From positions 21,824,001 through 21,888,000 of the forward strand of contig OX597814.1 of NCBI GenBank assembly GCA_951406725.2: a stretch of DNA of 64,000 nt, read 5' to 3'. Of the stretch, positions 1-13,178 are shown one piece after another (the stretch's first letter is position 1; each line of letters begins with the position of its first letter). The notes beneath the pieces were generated by a model. That model worked only from the letters and a program-made list of their open reading frames with translations. It searched no databases and was not told where the DNA came from. Source of the stretch: Octopus vulgaris (taxonomy: Eukaryota). The position numbers and the translations under genes are program-made.

Positions 1-219
1 CACACACACACATATATGTATATATGTAGCCAACCCACGCCAGCATGGAAGGTGGATGTTAAACGAAACAATATGTAACTATCTAGGGGTTTAGTTCACT
101 GGTGATCTAAATGAATAGGTATGCTGTGTAAGTGCTATAATAGATCATCTGTTAGGTTCCAAGTTCACAGCTGAGGCTGGAGCTCGGGATCCACAGTAGG
201 CTTCTGAGTTAGCAGGCAT

Positions 220-920
220 ATATTAGAGGAAAAAAGGACAATAAAATCCAAGGCAGGACAAGTATCTCAAATTATTTAGAGTATTTAATTAGAGTAAGGC
301 GAATTTGAAGTAATTAATTAATTAGTTAATTAATTATTGGATGTTTTACAGCTGTTTCTGGGATATCTCAAGTGATAGGTTAACATCTCCATACTCTGGG
401 TATTTCGTCATTAGAGACAAGGTGTCTATGTATGAAAGTTCTAGACATGGAATTATAAAAGAATAAAATAGTAGATAGAAGAATAAAGAGTAAAAGAGTA
501 GAGAGAAGAATACAGACAGGAGAATAAAGTTCACAGCTCATCTTCTTCCAGAGGGTATGGCTATTGGTTTCATGGAAATACAGACCAGCCTCCATACCCT
601 CTTGAAGAAGTTGAGCTGTGAACTTTATTCTTCTGTCTGTACTCTTCTATCTACTCTTTTACTCTTTATTCTTCTATCTACTATTTTATTCTTTTATAAT
701 TCCCTGTCTAGAACTTTCATACACACTTTCCTTGTCTCTGATGACAGAATACTTCAGGGTATGAAGATGCTAACCTAACACTTGGGATTTCCCAGAAACC
801 ACTGTAAGACCTCCAATAATTAATTAATTATTTCAAATTTACCTTACTCTAACAGAACATTCTAAATGACTTGAGATACTCATCCTGCCTTGGTTTTTGT
901 TGTCCTTTTTCCTCCAATAT
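220..920. repeat. About 700-bp imperfect palindrome, probably an inverted pair of Penelope-like pseudo-LTRs
   Basis: Arms 220-557 and 590-920 are reverse complements, e.g. gaggaaaaaaggaca/tgtcctttttcctc and ttccagagggtatgg/ccataccctcttgaa. Mirror ORFs 380-595(-) and 557-778(+) are near-identical. Confidence 0.9.
734..810 (+). ncRNA. Minimal type I hammerhead ribozyme-like motif (Penelope-type), probably degenerate
   Basis: gtct-CTGATGA-(50 nt, imperfect stem II)-GAAAC-cact-GTA-agac. Stem I is gtct/agac. Mirror copy on the minus strand at about 343-418 reads CTAATGA...GAAAC-agct-GTA. Confidence 0.5.
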
Positions 921-955
921 ATATATATATACATACATATATATATATATATATA

Positions 956-1591
956 TTGGGTCATCCCATATATAATACGGTTTTTTTTATACTTCTTTTA
1001 TTTTTCAAAATTAAGATTAAAAAAAGTTCTTTTTCAATCTAAAATATGCCCTCTTTCTACTTTGGGACTGAATAGAGATTTGTGTTATAAGAAATGGGTT
1101 CTCTATAAAAATGTCAAGTGTTGAAGACAGTGGGTAGGGAAAGGAGAAACACTGGCACCCCAAGCTAAAGGTCTTCACTCCAGGGTTTACAGGACATCTT
1201 TGTCAAGCTCTACAGAAATTCCAGGATGAGGTTTGTCTTCTAGGCTGTAGTTTCTGGCTTGAAATTTCTGGAACCACCATTGACACTGGCTTACACTTAT
1301 TGTCTGATCCCCATATACTGCATTAATATTCCTTGCATTCTCCATTGTGTTGTTGCCTTTATTGAACTCATAAAGCAAAATGTGCCAAATATGCTCCTTT
1401 GTCACTTCTGTTATAGCTTTGTAAAAATAACTGTTAAAATCGAACTGCACTCTTCAAAACTTGCACTAAGAATAAGTACAAGGTAAAATTACTACCTGCT
1501 TTTATAGCAAGTTGATGCAGGTAGTTTATCCTGTCCCCCTCTGACTTTTAGTTCATGCAATTGAAAAAAACCACATTATGGGATGACCCAA
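956..1591 (-). mobile_element. Internally deleted mariner transposon (Hsmar1/cecropia-like N-terminus)
   Basis: TIRs TTGGGTCATCCCATA / TATGGGATGACCCAA flanked by TA. ORF 1187-1450 reads HILLYEFNKG...NINAVYG...QWWFQKF...SLEDKPHPG (mariner HTH domain). Confidence 0.9.
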
Positions 1592-1826
1592 TATTTGTGA
1601 GTGTAATATATACATATATTAATACATGTAAAAATATATATCCACACATGCACACACAGCAGTTAAAATCATTTTTTAACTTCAGTAGTGATGATTTTAT
1701 CAGTTATAACAGTAGTCTGATGATCATTTGTGTTCCATTGCCAAATGTAAACAACGCTTTCCAAATATAGCATTAGTGTGCTGCTCATAAAGATGGTGAA
1801 TCTGAAATCATTTTGATTTCATTCAG

Positions 1827-1829
1827 ATG
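1827..1829 (+). other. Candidate 3-nt microexon (ATG) or 3' end of a non-coding exon
   Basis: tcattttgatttcattcag|ATG|GTGAGT. Confidence 0.3.
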
Positions 1830-2057
1830 GTGAGTCTAAGAAGGTTATAATATATTAATGACAAAGAAATACTATTGCTCCAAACTAAAATTAAGATATT
1901 AATAAGAAAATTTAGAATATTCTTAATAAAGAAAAATTCAAATGAAGTTGTGTTTAAAACACGAGCTGTTCCCTATTTTCATAAATAATATAGATACTTG
2001 CATATCTAGTTTACTGTTCCATTATAGAAAGGATCAACAGAAAAAGTATTTTATTTA

Positions 2058-2310
2058 GTGCTGGTAGCACATAAAAAGCACCATCCAATCGTGGCTGTTT
2101 GCCAGCCTCGTCTGGCACCTGTGCAGGTGGCATGTAAAAAGCACCCACTACACTCACGGAGTGGTTGGCGTTAGGAAGGACATCCAGCTGTAGAAACACT
2201 GCCAGATCAGACTGGGCCTGGCGCAGCCTTCTGGCTTCCCAGACCCCAGTTGAACCGTCCAACCCATGCTAGCATGGAAAACCGACATTAAACTATGATA
2301 ATGGTGATGA
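2058..2310 (+). mobile_element. Abundant interspersed repeat family ending in a (GAT)n tail (SINE or RTE-LINE 3' end); other copies near 5410-5655, 19765-20045, 36178-36500, 37487-37622, 39560-39735, 46410-46910, 49840-50000, 60690-61010, 62045-62190, 62620-62830
   Basis: Recurrent motif aaagcacccactacactc..gagtggttggcgttaggaagggcatccagctgtagaaac...aacccatgctagcatggaaa...gatgatg, found in both orientations. Confidence 0.85.
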
Positions 2311-5303
2311 GAGATAAATATATATATACAATTTCAAAAAGAGCTACTAATAGTTTCATACTGTTGAGATGCAATAATTTGGCAGATTTATATAGCATGC
2401 CATGTATCACCAAGCAATCTTTTTAGGTTCAGTGCATGCTGTTAGACCTATTTGAAAACCAGTTGGCCGGTCTATGAGAAAAATAGAAAGAAAAATGTGA
2501 AGGTTTATGCAAAATGTAGAACATAAAGAAAGAAAAGAAAGTAAGAAAACGAAGATCATAATTCCCTTTGTCAGTAGAAATCATAATTAATCTAGCTGGT
2601 ATAGAATAATATAATGGAGAGGAGACCATTTATATTTGACAAGAAATTTGTCCATATGCTAGCATTTGCTAAAAATTTTGGATCTGGAATTAAGTAGTGC
2701 AGTTGAATACTTGGATCTAAAAAGAATATGTTCATTTTAAAATTTGTGTATATTAAATGATACTTGTGTGTGTGTATGTGTGTCTATTCAATATATGTAT
2801 TGAAATGGCATTAAATTAAAATAGCCATTTATGTTTGATACTTAATGTATACATACCATCGAAACATGTCTGGCATTCTTGTGAATCACTGCTGTGATAT
2901 ATGTTGTGTTTTTAAAAACAACTTCTCTGAAAAATGATTTTTTTCAGACAAAATCTACAGCATCCTACTTCAAGTCTCATCTGAAAACATACATAATGTA
3001 CTTTTGAAACATATTCAACACTTGTTTTGTTTAGATGAGTCTATAAATTTAGCCGATTGCATAGAATCTTGTAGAATGTACAAATATGGATGCATTATTT
3101 TCTTTCCATCAACTGTCAGAGTATGGCTATGCTTCAATTAATCTGAGTTTTAAGCCAGTTTGATTCCCAGTTGTGGATATTTTATTTTACTTATATCACT
3201 AATACCCTTGAGAAAGTTAAGAACATCAAACAATCTCATTTTCCTTTTCCCTAAAAATATAGTCTTGTGGTGGTTGTAAGCAACCTGTGTTTATTTTGTT
3301 AAGTTTGATTGTTTACTGTTCTGAGTTGGAAATATCTCCCACAATAGTAGCTAACATCTTACGGTATGCTATTCCCTGAGGAAACAAACAACTAAGATCC
3401 ACAAACATGCAGCTCAAGTATAAAGGCTTTTGAGCTGGAAGAGTAAAACTGTCGATGTATACTTATGCAGCATATAGTTTAAGCTCTTCAACATATTTGG
3501 GGTTTTATTTTGGTTTGTTTTTAGTATTTTTTTTACCATTTTACTTATACTGGTTGGATGGGTTGGTAAATCTAAGCATTTAAATATATTAGGAAAATGT
3601 GTTTTTATAGCTGAATTTCTTTCTTTTCATTTGCCACTTTATCACAGATTATTTATTGTTTTAGTTAGATAATTTATTTTTATTATTATTATCACTGCCA
3701 TGTTACCAAGGGCTGAGTTTTTGTTTTATTTGTTTATGCCACATTTTTTGGCAGTAATATTGGTTATTTCCCTCAAGGCTTCTGCATAACTGCAAACTTC
3801 ACTTTCTTTTTTGTTCCACTGGAATACAAAGATAAAATGAGATGAGTTATGTATTTCAACCAATTGTCTATTATTATTTAGTGGATGTATCAAAACTCTC
3901 TAATATTTTCCCAATGATCCTAACAACTAGGGATTTGTAATTCTAGGACTGTAATATGTGAGACTACCTTTTTTGTATATCAAGAACTATATTATTTGCT
4001 GTCTTACCATCTTTGAGATAATAGGGGATGATCTAAGAGATATTTAGTTTCAGGTGATGATAAAGATAGAATATTACAGCTATTTTTTTCTGTGTTCTTT
4101 TATGGCTAAAGTAAAATTTCAGTTGTTAATTTGAAGATGATTTCTTTTAATCATGTTGGTAAAACATCTATATGATTTCAAAGACTTCAGTAAAATGAAT
4201 GTCATTTGTTTTTGCTTAAATTTAACCATTTTGATACCAACCTGCCTGAAGCCACTCCTACTTTTATGATACAAATTTCTGGTTTTAAAATAATCTAATT
4301 TAAAATTTTCCACCAAAATTTCAGGTTAATTTATATTCCAAACACCAATTTAATAAATGACAGTTCTTGAGTAAATTTTTCATTATTTTTAAAATTCATT
4401 AAAACGAAGTTGGTATTTCAATAGAAATATGTTAATGAAAGGGTGGATACTTTAATTCACAAGGCCTTTGCTAATTATCTAAATCTTCTTTGCTTTTAAT
4501 ATAAGCTCTGCATACTTCATGATACATACTTACAGTCAGGTTCAGTGAGACAGTGAAAGTTAAGTGTGTTGGTCATGATACTAGTGATGGAATATAATCA
4601 GACTCTCAAGCCAGTGTGCCAACATCCTAAAGAACTCAACCAGATTTTACAACATTGTCTTGGAATAGAAACATTTCTCTTGCCTGCTCTCTTTTTCTCT
4701 TTCTCCTCATCCTACTACTTACTAGATTATTATTGATTTCTCATTACGGTGCAAGCTTGCAAATTTCTAAGGAAGAGGTATATAGTTAACTTTATTGATC
4801 TCACTATGTGCTTGTTACTTATTTTAACAATGCTGGAGTGATCAGAAACAAAGTTAATGCTGACATGATTTGAATCCAAAATATAAAGAAATGAAACTAA
4901 ATAATTATTTCTAATTTAAGTGCAGGGCCAGAAATCTAGAGGAAAGGGTTATCTAATTATATCAATCCCAGTTCTTCATTGGTCCTTTATTTGTTTCATC
5001 TTTGAAAGGATGAAAAGAAAAGGTGACCTTGGCAGGATTTGAACTTGGAACTTAAAGAAACAAAACAAATACTGCAAAGCATTTTGTCTAATGCTGTTGC
5101 ATCGCTATAAATTCTCACCCCTGACAAAACTAAATAACAGTAAATATTTAATTCAACAGTTATATACCTTTTCTTTCCCAGCACTGCTTCCATTTCTTTC
5201 CAAGCCTCACATTTATCTTCTGGTGGAAAAAAGTTTATGATTATTATGATGTTTGTATGTGTGTTTATATATATATATATATTTATAAATAGACACACAC
5301 GTA

Positions 5304-5406
5304 TACAGGGGTTGGACAAAATAATGGAAATACCTTAAAATTTCAAACAAATTTATTTTAATATGGGGTAGGACCACCTTTGGCAGTAATTACAGCTTCA
5401 ATTCTG
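5304..5406 (-). mobile_element. Tc1-like transposon 3' terminal fragment
   Basis: TA-CAGGGGTTGGACAAAATAATGGAAA terminus; minus strand encodes RIEAVITAKGGPTPY*, a Tc1-type C-terminus. Confidence 0.7.
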
Positions 5407-6100
5407 GCTATCGTGTTGATGGCATGCAATAAGCACCAGTCATGCGTGGGTCGTTGCCAGTACTGCTTGACTGGCTCCCCATGCACATAAAAAGCACCAT
5501 CCAAATGTGGCTGACTGGCTCCTGTGCTGGTGGCATGTAAAAAGCACCCACTACACTCTCGGAGTGGTTGGCATTAGGAAGGGCATCCAGCTGTAGAAAC
5601 ATTGCCATATCAGATTGGAGCCTGTGCACCCTCCTGGTTTGCCAGTCCCCAGTCATAGAGTAAGGGAACTATGGACACCCCATAGAGTAAGGGCAGTATG
5701 GGTTACCTTCAATATGGCCTCTCCAGTTTATGCCAACCAAATTTTAATAAAACTTTTGTTCACATAAGGTTATGGTGGAAGGTATTTGCCTAAAGTGTCA
5801 TGCAGTGAGATTGAACCTCAAAACATGTAATTGCAAAACAAAATCTTTAACCACACTTATGTCCACAGCAGTACAAGAGTCCCAAGTCCAGCTGGAACTG
5901 AAAATTGAAATGGGATTATGGGCTTAGCTCATGTAGTGGGTTTATATTCAAGAATATTTCTCAAGTAAAGCCAGTGAAAAAAAGACATTATTAAATATAA
6001 TTGTGTAAGTATGGCTTCTTGGTGAATGAAGTAAAATGTTTTTGATTTAAATTGAATATTGTCTTTTTATTTATTTAATAAAAGGAAAAAACAAAAACAG

Positions 6101-6209
6101 AATTCTTAACCTACACATTTTTTCTTTCTCGTTTTTCAGGTAAGTGTTCTGGACTGATTGATATCTTAAAGTTCCATTAACCATCGATCACCTTCTTTGT
6201 CTGGTAAGA
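6101..6209 (+). promoter_or_regulatory. Candidate recursive splice site (3'ss directly followed by 5'ss at 6139|6140) with 64-nt cryptic exon 6140-6203
   Basis: Branch-like TTCTTAAC, AG-free pyrimidine tract, TTTTTCAG|GTAAGT, then a second donor CTG|GTAAGA at 6204. Confidence 0.6.
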
Positions 6210-6318
6210 TGGAATTGATTTTAACTTTTTCAAGACTTATTTAAAATTTGAAAGTTTTAAATATCAGTTACTATTCTAAAACGAACAATAAAAATATTAT
6301 ACTTAATATTTCAGTTGC

Positions 6319-6375
<57 letters not shown>

Positions 6376-6420
6376 CATTATTATTACTATTATTATTATT
6401 ATTATTGTTATTATTATTAT
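6319..6420. repeat. (ATT)n microsatellite
   Basis: About 33 ATT units with few interruptions. Confidence 0.95.
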
Positions 6421-7973
6421 GTCTTGTTGTATTAAATGGTACTGTTTCATTACTCCACTTAACTAAAGCATTTCATCTTGGACATTTGCTTTACAGGTTA
6501 ATGTAATTGGCCATTACTTACATTAGACAATAATTTTTTTGTTAACTATTTCCTCATATGTTGAAAATTTTTCTGTTTCAAATTATAAGTCAGATATATT
6601 CTAAAATTATGCCTTCACACTTGTTCTATATAGTTAATATCAAAGAATGAATCATCGTCTGTTATATTTTTGCTTTATTATTTTCCTTTACTTTTTTTTC
6701 TAAATTTTCTACACATTCCTTCTCTTAAAACAGAAATTCAGAATAGGCTTTCTGTCAGTTTTAACAAAGATTAAACACTCTCTATTTTAATTGAAGATAT
6801 CTTTAACAGATATTCAATATATATTTTTATCAAAAACAAATAGTTTGATTAGTTTCCTTTTAATGTTGTTTTTCAGGATTTTGATTTCTTTCAAATTCAT
6901 TTAGAATTGGAATTAGAAGCTACCCTTAGTTAAAACTTTAAAAAAATAAATAAATAAATTTTATTCTTTATTTCAGAATGTTTAACAACTCAATTTCCTG
7001 GGTTTTTTTTTTTTGTTTTGTTTGATTTTTGTTATTTTCTTAGGTTTTTTTTACATCCCTTTGGTTCAAGAGGATTAAAAATTTTAATTTAAGATTTTGT
7101 TTTAAGTTTCAGCTTTGATATAAGCATATTACTTTTCATAATACTCTCATAGCTAGAGAGAAATGATAGAGAGTGTTTCAAGAAAATTACATGATATATT
7201 AAGTATAAACATATGAAAGATGTTTGTATTCAATATATTTATATTCAAAAGTTAACATCAATAACACCAGATGATTTTAGTTGTTCTTGATACAGCAATG
7301 TAAAAATTTTCACTCAATACAGTAAACATATTTCCTTGAATGTCTTACTATCACTACTAAAACTTAAGTTAGCTTGCATACAAGCTTTTTTAGCTTCCTT
7401 TAAATTTTCAATATTATACTAAAAATGTCTTTGAGACTTGTCCATTTTTATTAACATTATAAAAGTCAGAATATCTTTATATTGTTTAATATTTTCTTTA
7501 CTTTTTGAAGACTCTAGTCATAGTTTTGGTGAAATTTGATCAATACTAATCTGGTAGTAACTTGAGAAAATATTTATTGATAAAAACTCATATATTGTGG
7601 CTCACTTAACTAAAGACATTTATTGAAGAATATTAAGGATAAAAGTTACAAGAAATTACACAGAAAAACTTCTGAATCTTTTTATTTTACTTACCTTTTC
7701 AAGAATTTTAATGGAAATGAAAATCTAAAAATTCTTGACTCAAAATATGATTTCAGTTGAGGAGTTGATGATAAATTCAAATCAATCAGTACGTGTGACG
7801 TACAGGTTGTTACTCTTTACTACAAGCTTATCAATACTAAAACCAGAGAAGATACTTTTCAAAAAGTTAGATGAATCCTTTCAGATCCATACTGATTGTA
7901 AATTCAATCTTTGCTTTTAATGAATTAATAAAAAAAAATGCATTTTCTTATTTAAACCATTATTTCTAAATGT

Positions 7974-8089
7974 TATTAATAGTTATCACCGAGCTAATAT
8001 AGCAGTCCAGAAATATAGGACAAATGCTGCCAGCAGTATTCGTCCTATATTTCTTGACTGTCATATTAGCTTGGTGATAACTATTAATA
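7974..8089. repeat. About 115-bp fold-back palindrome
   Basis: tattaatagttatcaccgagctaatat...atatagga / tcctatat...atattagcttggtgataactattaata. Confidence 0.85.
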
Positions 8090-9060
8090 TTCAGTAATGC
8101 TGCCATAGTCTCCTCTAGAGATATTTAGAAATATTAATATTTCTATTTCTAAATGTTGTTTTTAATATATCATAACTTCAGCATTAAGATTTTAACCTAC
8201 TTCAGAATATATTGGTACAAAAAAACATGAGCCACATAGAGACATTGAGCAGGTTAAAAATAGGTAACAATATTTTGATTCAGTTGGTTAGAAAAAAATA
8301 CTAATGGCATGAATAATAGTATGTACTTAACAAATGGTCAATTATTGGTACAACCACAAAAGAATCCCTCTAATCCTTTAGTTCCAACCATTTCAATGCT
8401 CCACATTTCTTTAAAATGTTTAATTAATTTTTGCATCCCCTAAAAATGTAATTATTTGAAGAAGGAAAAGTCAACCTTCTAATATCTGTTTATCTCTGTT
8501 TTATTAATGGAACCACATACAGTATTGTGGGTAAATGAATTTAACTCAAAACCTAAGCTTTTGACTTGGTGAATAAAATACAAATGTAAATTGGGTCTGT
8601 AGAAAAATTCCTGTGAACTGAAATCAATCACAATTGTAAACAATGATTTCTTTTGTTCCTGCTTCTCATTCATGTGTATATCAAGATGTGAAACTTCCTT
8701 CTTAAGATTCTTTGGTCTGCTTGGGAATCCAGACAAATTCCTAGATTTTGTTTTGGTTGGCACAAGAGAACTAAATCCAGATTCATATGAATATTTCATT
8801 GTATATGGAATAAGAAAACAGCTCTTGGTCATAATCTCATAAGAGAGAAATCAACATACGTAAAATAATGAAGTTCATGGCATGTGATATGTTTAACAGA
8901 ATAAAGTTCCTTTTAAGAGTTTGTTAATAATTTTATTCTTAAAAGTGATTTAAATATGTGTATTCTTTCCCTTCTCTGTCATACCTACTGAAATGCTATT
9001 TTGGCACCCACAAGGGATATGAGCACTCACAATTTGAAACCACTGCACAGCTCAATGAAA

Positions 9061-9100
<40 letters not shown>

Positions 9101-10751
9101 CATTCTTTCCACTCTGTAGTAGTTTTAATTTATTGTGAAACTTTAAGCATTTACTAAAATGATTGGTGTATATATATTTCTGGGTGTTTTTTTTTCTAAT
9201 AATATAAATATTAATTATAAAGTAGGAATTGTACTTATGTTTAAATTGAGGTAATTGACCAAGTGGATTAATAAAATATAATCTAAAAACATTCAGCATC
9301 TAATTACTGATTATGAAATTACTATTAAATTTTATTCCTTTTTTTTATTATTTATTTATGAATTTTATGTTTTTAAACTGATATCTATTTTCATTCTTTT
9401 CTTTTTGTCAGATATATATGTCCATATTTAAACATAAAAGAACAAAACTGAAACCTGTTTTATTTTAAAAACAGACACATTGCTTAGCTTCCTTTTGTAT
9501 TCTATATTTTAACCTATAAATTTGCATATATCTAACATTTATATTATGAAGGAATTTCAATTCAAACGCCTATGACACTTTAGCTTCAGATTATATTGTA
9601 CTTTCAAGCACTTTGTCCTATATTTTGATTGTAGAAACTAGACCACTTAATAAATTCTATTTTTATAGGAAATGAATCATAAATATAACATAACTACTTG
9701 TAACGTAAGTTACATGGAGGCCAAATCCAGATGTTTCATTAAGAAATTTCATTCATATTTATATCTTAGTTAAGATAATATTATTGTTATTTTGCATCTA
9801 TGTTATATGCTTACATGTTATCAAACGTTTACAAGTTGGCTACAAGTTTGATGTCTAGGAACTGGCTATTCAGTTGACTAAAGTTTCTAGACATAATGGC
9901 TCACATGTGACTAAAGCTTTAGTTGGGACAAGCCCAGTATGACACAACAGTGGGGTTGTCATTTAATGACAATCAGTTTCAACTCATTGACACAGATTCC
10001 ATGAAGGCTAAGCTGAAATGCTTTGCTATTACTCAGAAATGGAAAAACTTCTGAAGACTAGTGAGGATAAGGAATAATAGTCTTTTTTTTATTTACTTGT
10101 GCAAACCAAATCAATGATGGCGGTGCAAAAATTTTATGTAATGGTAAAAACACTGGAAATTTTAAAAATTTATAATGTTGTGAATTAATTTCCAAAAGAA
10201 ATTAATAATTACAAGTAAGGTCAGATTCTTATATATATATCGAAATCTGTCTGCACCAATTCAAATATATTCTCAGAGATGACTTGAGTCAGCTTAAAAA
10301 ATTGGAGTGAAAGTACAAAGTGCTTTTGTGGATATGAACTGTCCTGGATTTGTTAAAATTTCTATTTAATGTGGAAAACTGAATCCCTTTCAGGCAATAT
10401 GTAAGGTTACAAAAAGAAGAAATTTAAGCTGTTGAAAATAAATATTAAGCAAGTATTTATGAAATTAGCCTAAATATCCTAATAATACTGTGAAATTTAG
10501 TGTTAAGATAAAAGTTGGTACTTGCAGCAAGTAACTATTTTGAATAAACCAATATTGAAATGTAACTATCATCATCATTTTGATGTCCACTTTCTTATGC
10601 TTGCATGAATCAGCCAGAATTCATTGAGGCACATTTACTACTGCTAGCTGCCTTTCCAATTGCCAAACCCCACCTATTTCCAAGCCAGGCAATATTTCCC
10701 CTTGGTCAGACATGTTTTCACAGAAGACTAGAAATAAACGATATATATATA

Positions 10752-10799
<48 letters not shown>

Positions 10800-10801
<2 letters not shown>

Positions 10802-11010
10802 AGGAAGTGCTGAAAAGTTCCTGGCTTTGGGTAAAACAAAAAACACAGGAGAATCAGTTAATCATGATTTTATTCAGCATGTTCCTTTCACACACTTATT
10901 GCAGCAGTTCTTCAGTTTTTCTAAGCCCTGTAAAAGAACTCAGAAGGGTGGATCTTAAAACAGACTTTTCACAATACCCTTAAAGCCAGGACCTTTTCAG
11001 CACCCCCTTG
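10800..11010. mobile_element. Mariner-type MITE
   Basis: TIRs gtgctgaaaagttcctggcttt / aaagccaggaccttttcagcac, adjacent to TA/CA repeats. Confidence 0.7.
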
Positions 11011-11984
11011 TATATATACACGAACAACAGATTTTTTTTTGCACTCACAAGACTTTGGTTTATCTGGGGCAGTAGTAGAAGGCACTTGCCCATGGTGCCA
11101 TGCAGTAGAACTAAATCTGAAACCATATATTTGGGAATCAAACTTCTTAACACACACACAGCTAAGCCTGCACTTGTGATCTCAAACTAAAACGTTTTAC
11201 TGGATCACTCATTGAATTTTGGGAAATTTTGCTGCATTAATAGAAACTAATAATAGAACAGATGTTGTGAATGTTAGTGCTATTAAAAGAAAAAATAAGA
11301 CCATCATGGCTTACTCGGTATGGATGTGATGTATACTAATAGTTCAATATTAATTCATTAAATTGAAGTTCCAGGACAATATGGAAAGATTAAGTGGTTT
11401 TAAGGCTGACATTCTTCTCAAAGGAAATATCAGGCTACATTAGTTTGAAGCAAGACTATTGACAACCATTAGTCATAACAGAGCTGACAAAACTTTTTAA
11501 TGAACTTTTTTAGAAGAGATTTCTTCTTATGGGAATAAATGGGCCTCTCCTTTAGAGATGGTGCAAAAAGGTTGAGAGGTTTCTGAGAATATGTGGAGAC
11601 TATAAAGTAGGAGTAAATGAAAGACACAGTGTTCAGATTTTACCCAAATGAACTGATATTTCATTTCACTTTTCTCTCCATTCTTTCTATCTCTCTCTTC
11701 CTCTCTCTCTCTCTCTCTCTCTCTCTCATGAATTATTTTGCTAAATTCAATTTGAAAAGGAGAAACATTACTGGACAGAAATGCCCTGGAGCAAGAGAGG
11801 TTACAATGTTGAATCTAATGGGTCTTTTAAGGTGAATATTTTTACACATATAACCTATACAACCAGTACTATATTTCAGACAGAAATTGGATGTCATATG
11901 GATATTACATCACAGTGATGATATATATATATATACACACACACACAAACATTGAAGCTAAAACTGTTGATACATTCACATACA

Positions 11985-13178
11985 CAGTGCTGTGAATATA
12001 TTGTTGTCTAAATTACTCAAAAATGAAAGTAACAGTGACATCTCATTTTAACAGATATATTTGCCAAAATTACATAAAAATATCAATAAACAATATCAAT
12101 AAAAGAATATCAATAAAAATTCAATGAAATCACCATTGGGTTCAACCAAGGCCTCCAAATGACTTTGGAATCACCTGCAACTCTTCTGGACAATCTCTTT
12201 GTTTAAGTTGCTAAATGCTGCCATAATCCTTGCCTTCAGTTCATCTTTGGTGTTACAAGGAGTTTTGTTGGTCTCTCACTCAGCTGTCCCCCACACATAA
12301 TAATCAAGAGGGTAGCAGTCTGGGGAGTTAGGTGACCAGATGTTAGGGGTGATATGGTTGCAGAAATTGTCTGACAGCTATAACTGGGTTCTCCCACTTG
12401 TGTGGCATGGTGCAGAGTTCTGTTGCCAGACATAGGGTCTTCCAGCAGCCACCATCTTGACCCAGGACAGCACTACCTCCTCCAGGCACTTGATGTAGAC
12501 CTCCATGTTGAGTGTGAAGCCATGTGGGAAGATGAATGGAGGCATAACATCACCATCACTAGTTATCACTCCAAACACCATGATGTTGACCGGTTGTTTG
12601 ATTTTTATCACTCTCAGTACATGTTTTGGAGACACAGCCAGCCAATAGTTGTTCTGTGTGTTCACCTTCTGATCCTGGCAGAAATTTTTCTCGTCTGAGA
12701 AAAAACCAAAGTATGTTCAGTTGGAGGGGATACTTGGAATAAAAATTGGCCCTTTCTCCTCATCTTATATGAGGAATACTCAATCTCTTTTGCACTACCT
12801 GCCTGATAAGGAACTCAGAACACTCAAATGTCACTGATAATGGATCTGATTGACTTGGAGGGATCATTGTCAATCATGGTCTGGATCTCATGAACAAATT
12901 CAGGAGTTCTTTCTTATCAGAATAATAAGAGTGAGTTTTTTGAGCTACTGTACCTTTGCAATCACCAATAGACTCATCCAACTGCTTCTGAATCCTCTGC
13001 ATTATCCTCAATATAGCCTGTCACAGTTCTGGCACAGTCAATTGCACCATGGTGCTGTTTTTCTCACAGACGGTGCCCAACTGACCCTACTATACTGTGT
13101 AGTCAACAAAATGAAAAAGAAACAATGTGCATGCACGAAATTAAAAATATAAAATGGCATGGCAACAATTTACCCATT
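11985..13178 (-). mobile_element. Degenerate DD37D (maT-like) Tc1/mariner transposon
   Basis: Minus-strand frames read QNNYWL..., IMVFGVITSDG..., YVWQQ(N)SAPCHTS...WSPNSPDCYPLDY. There are 37 residues between the second (mutated) and third Asp positions; in-frame stops present. Ends are approximate. Confidence 0.85.

Noticed and set aside
346-778. Pair of similar hydrophobic ORFs on opposite strands
   Set aside because: They are a by-product of the palindrome and its low-complexity CT-rich arms.
6248-6506. Poly-Ile and poly-Leu ORFs, and similar YI, HT, VC and poly-Ser ORFs elsewhere (e.g. 21876, 27482, 37307, 41442)
   Set aside because: These are translations of microsatellites, with no protein signal.
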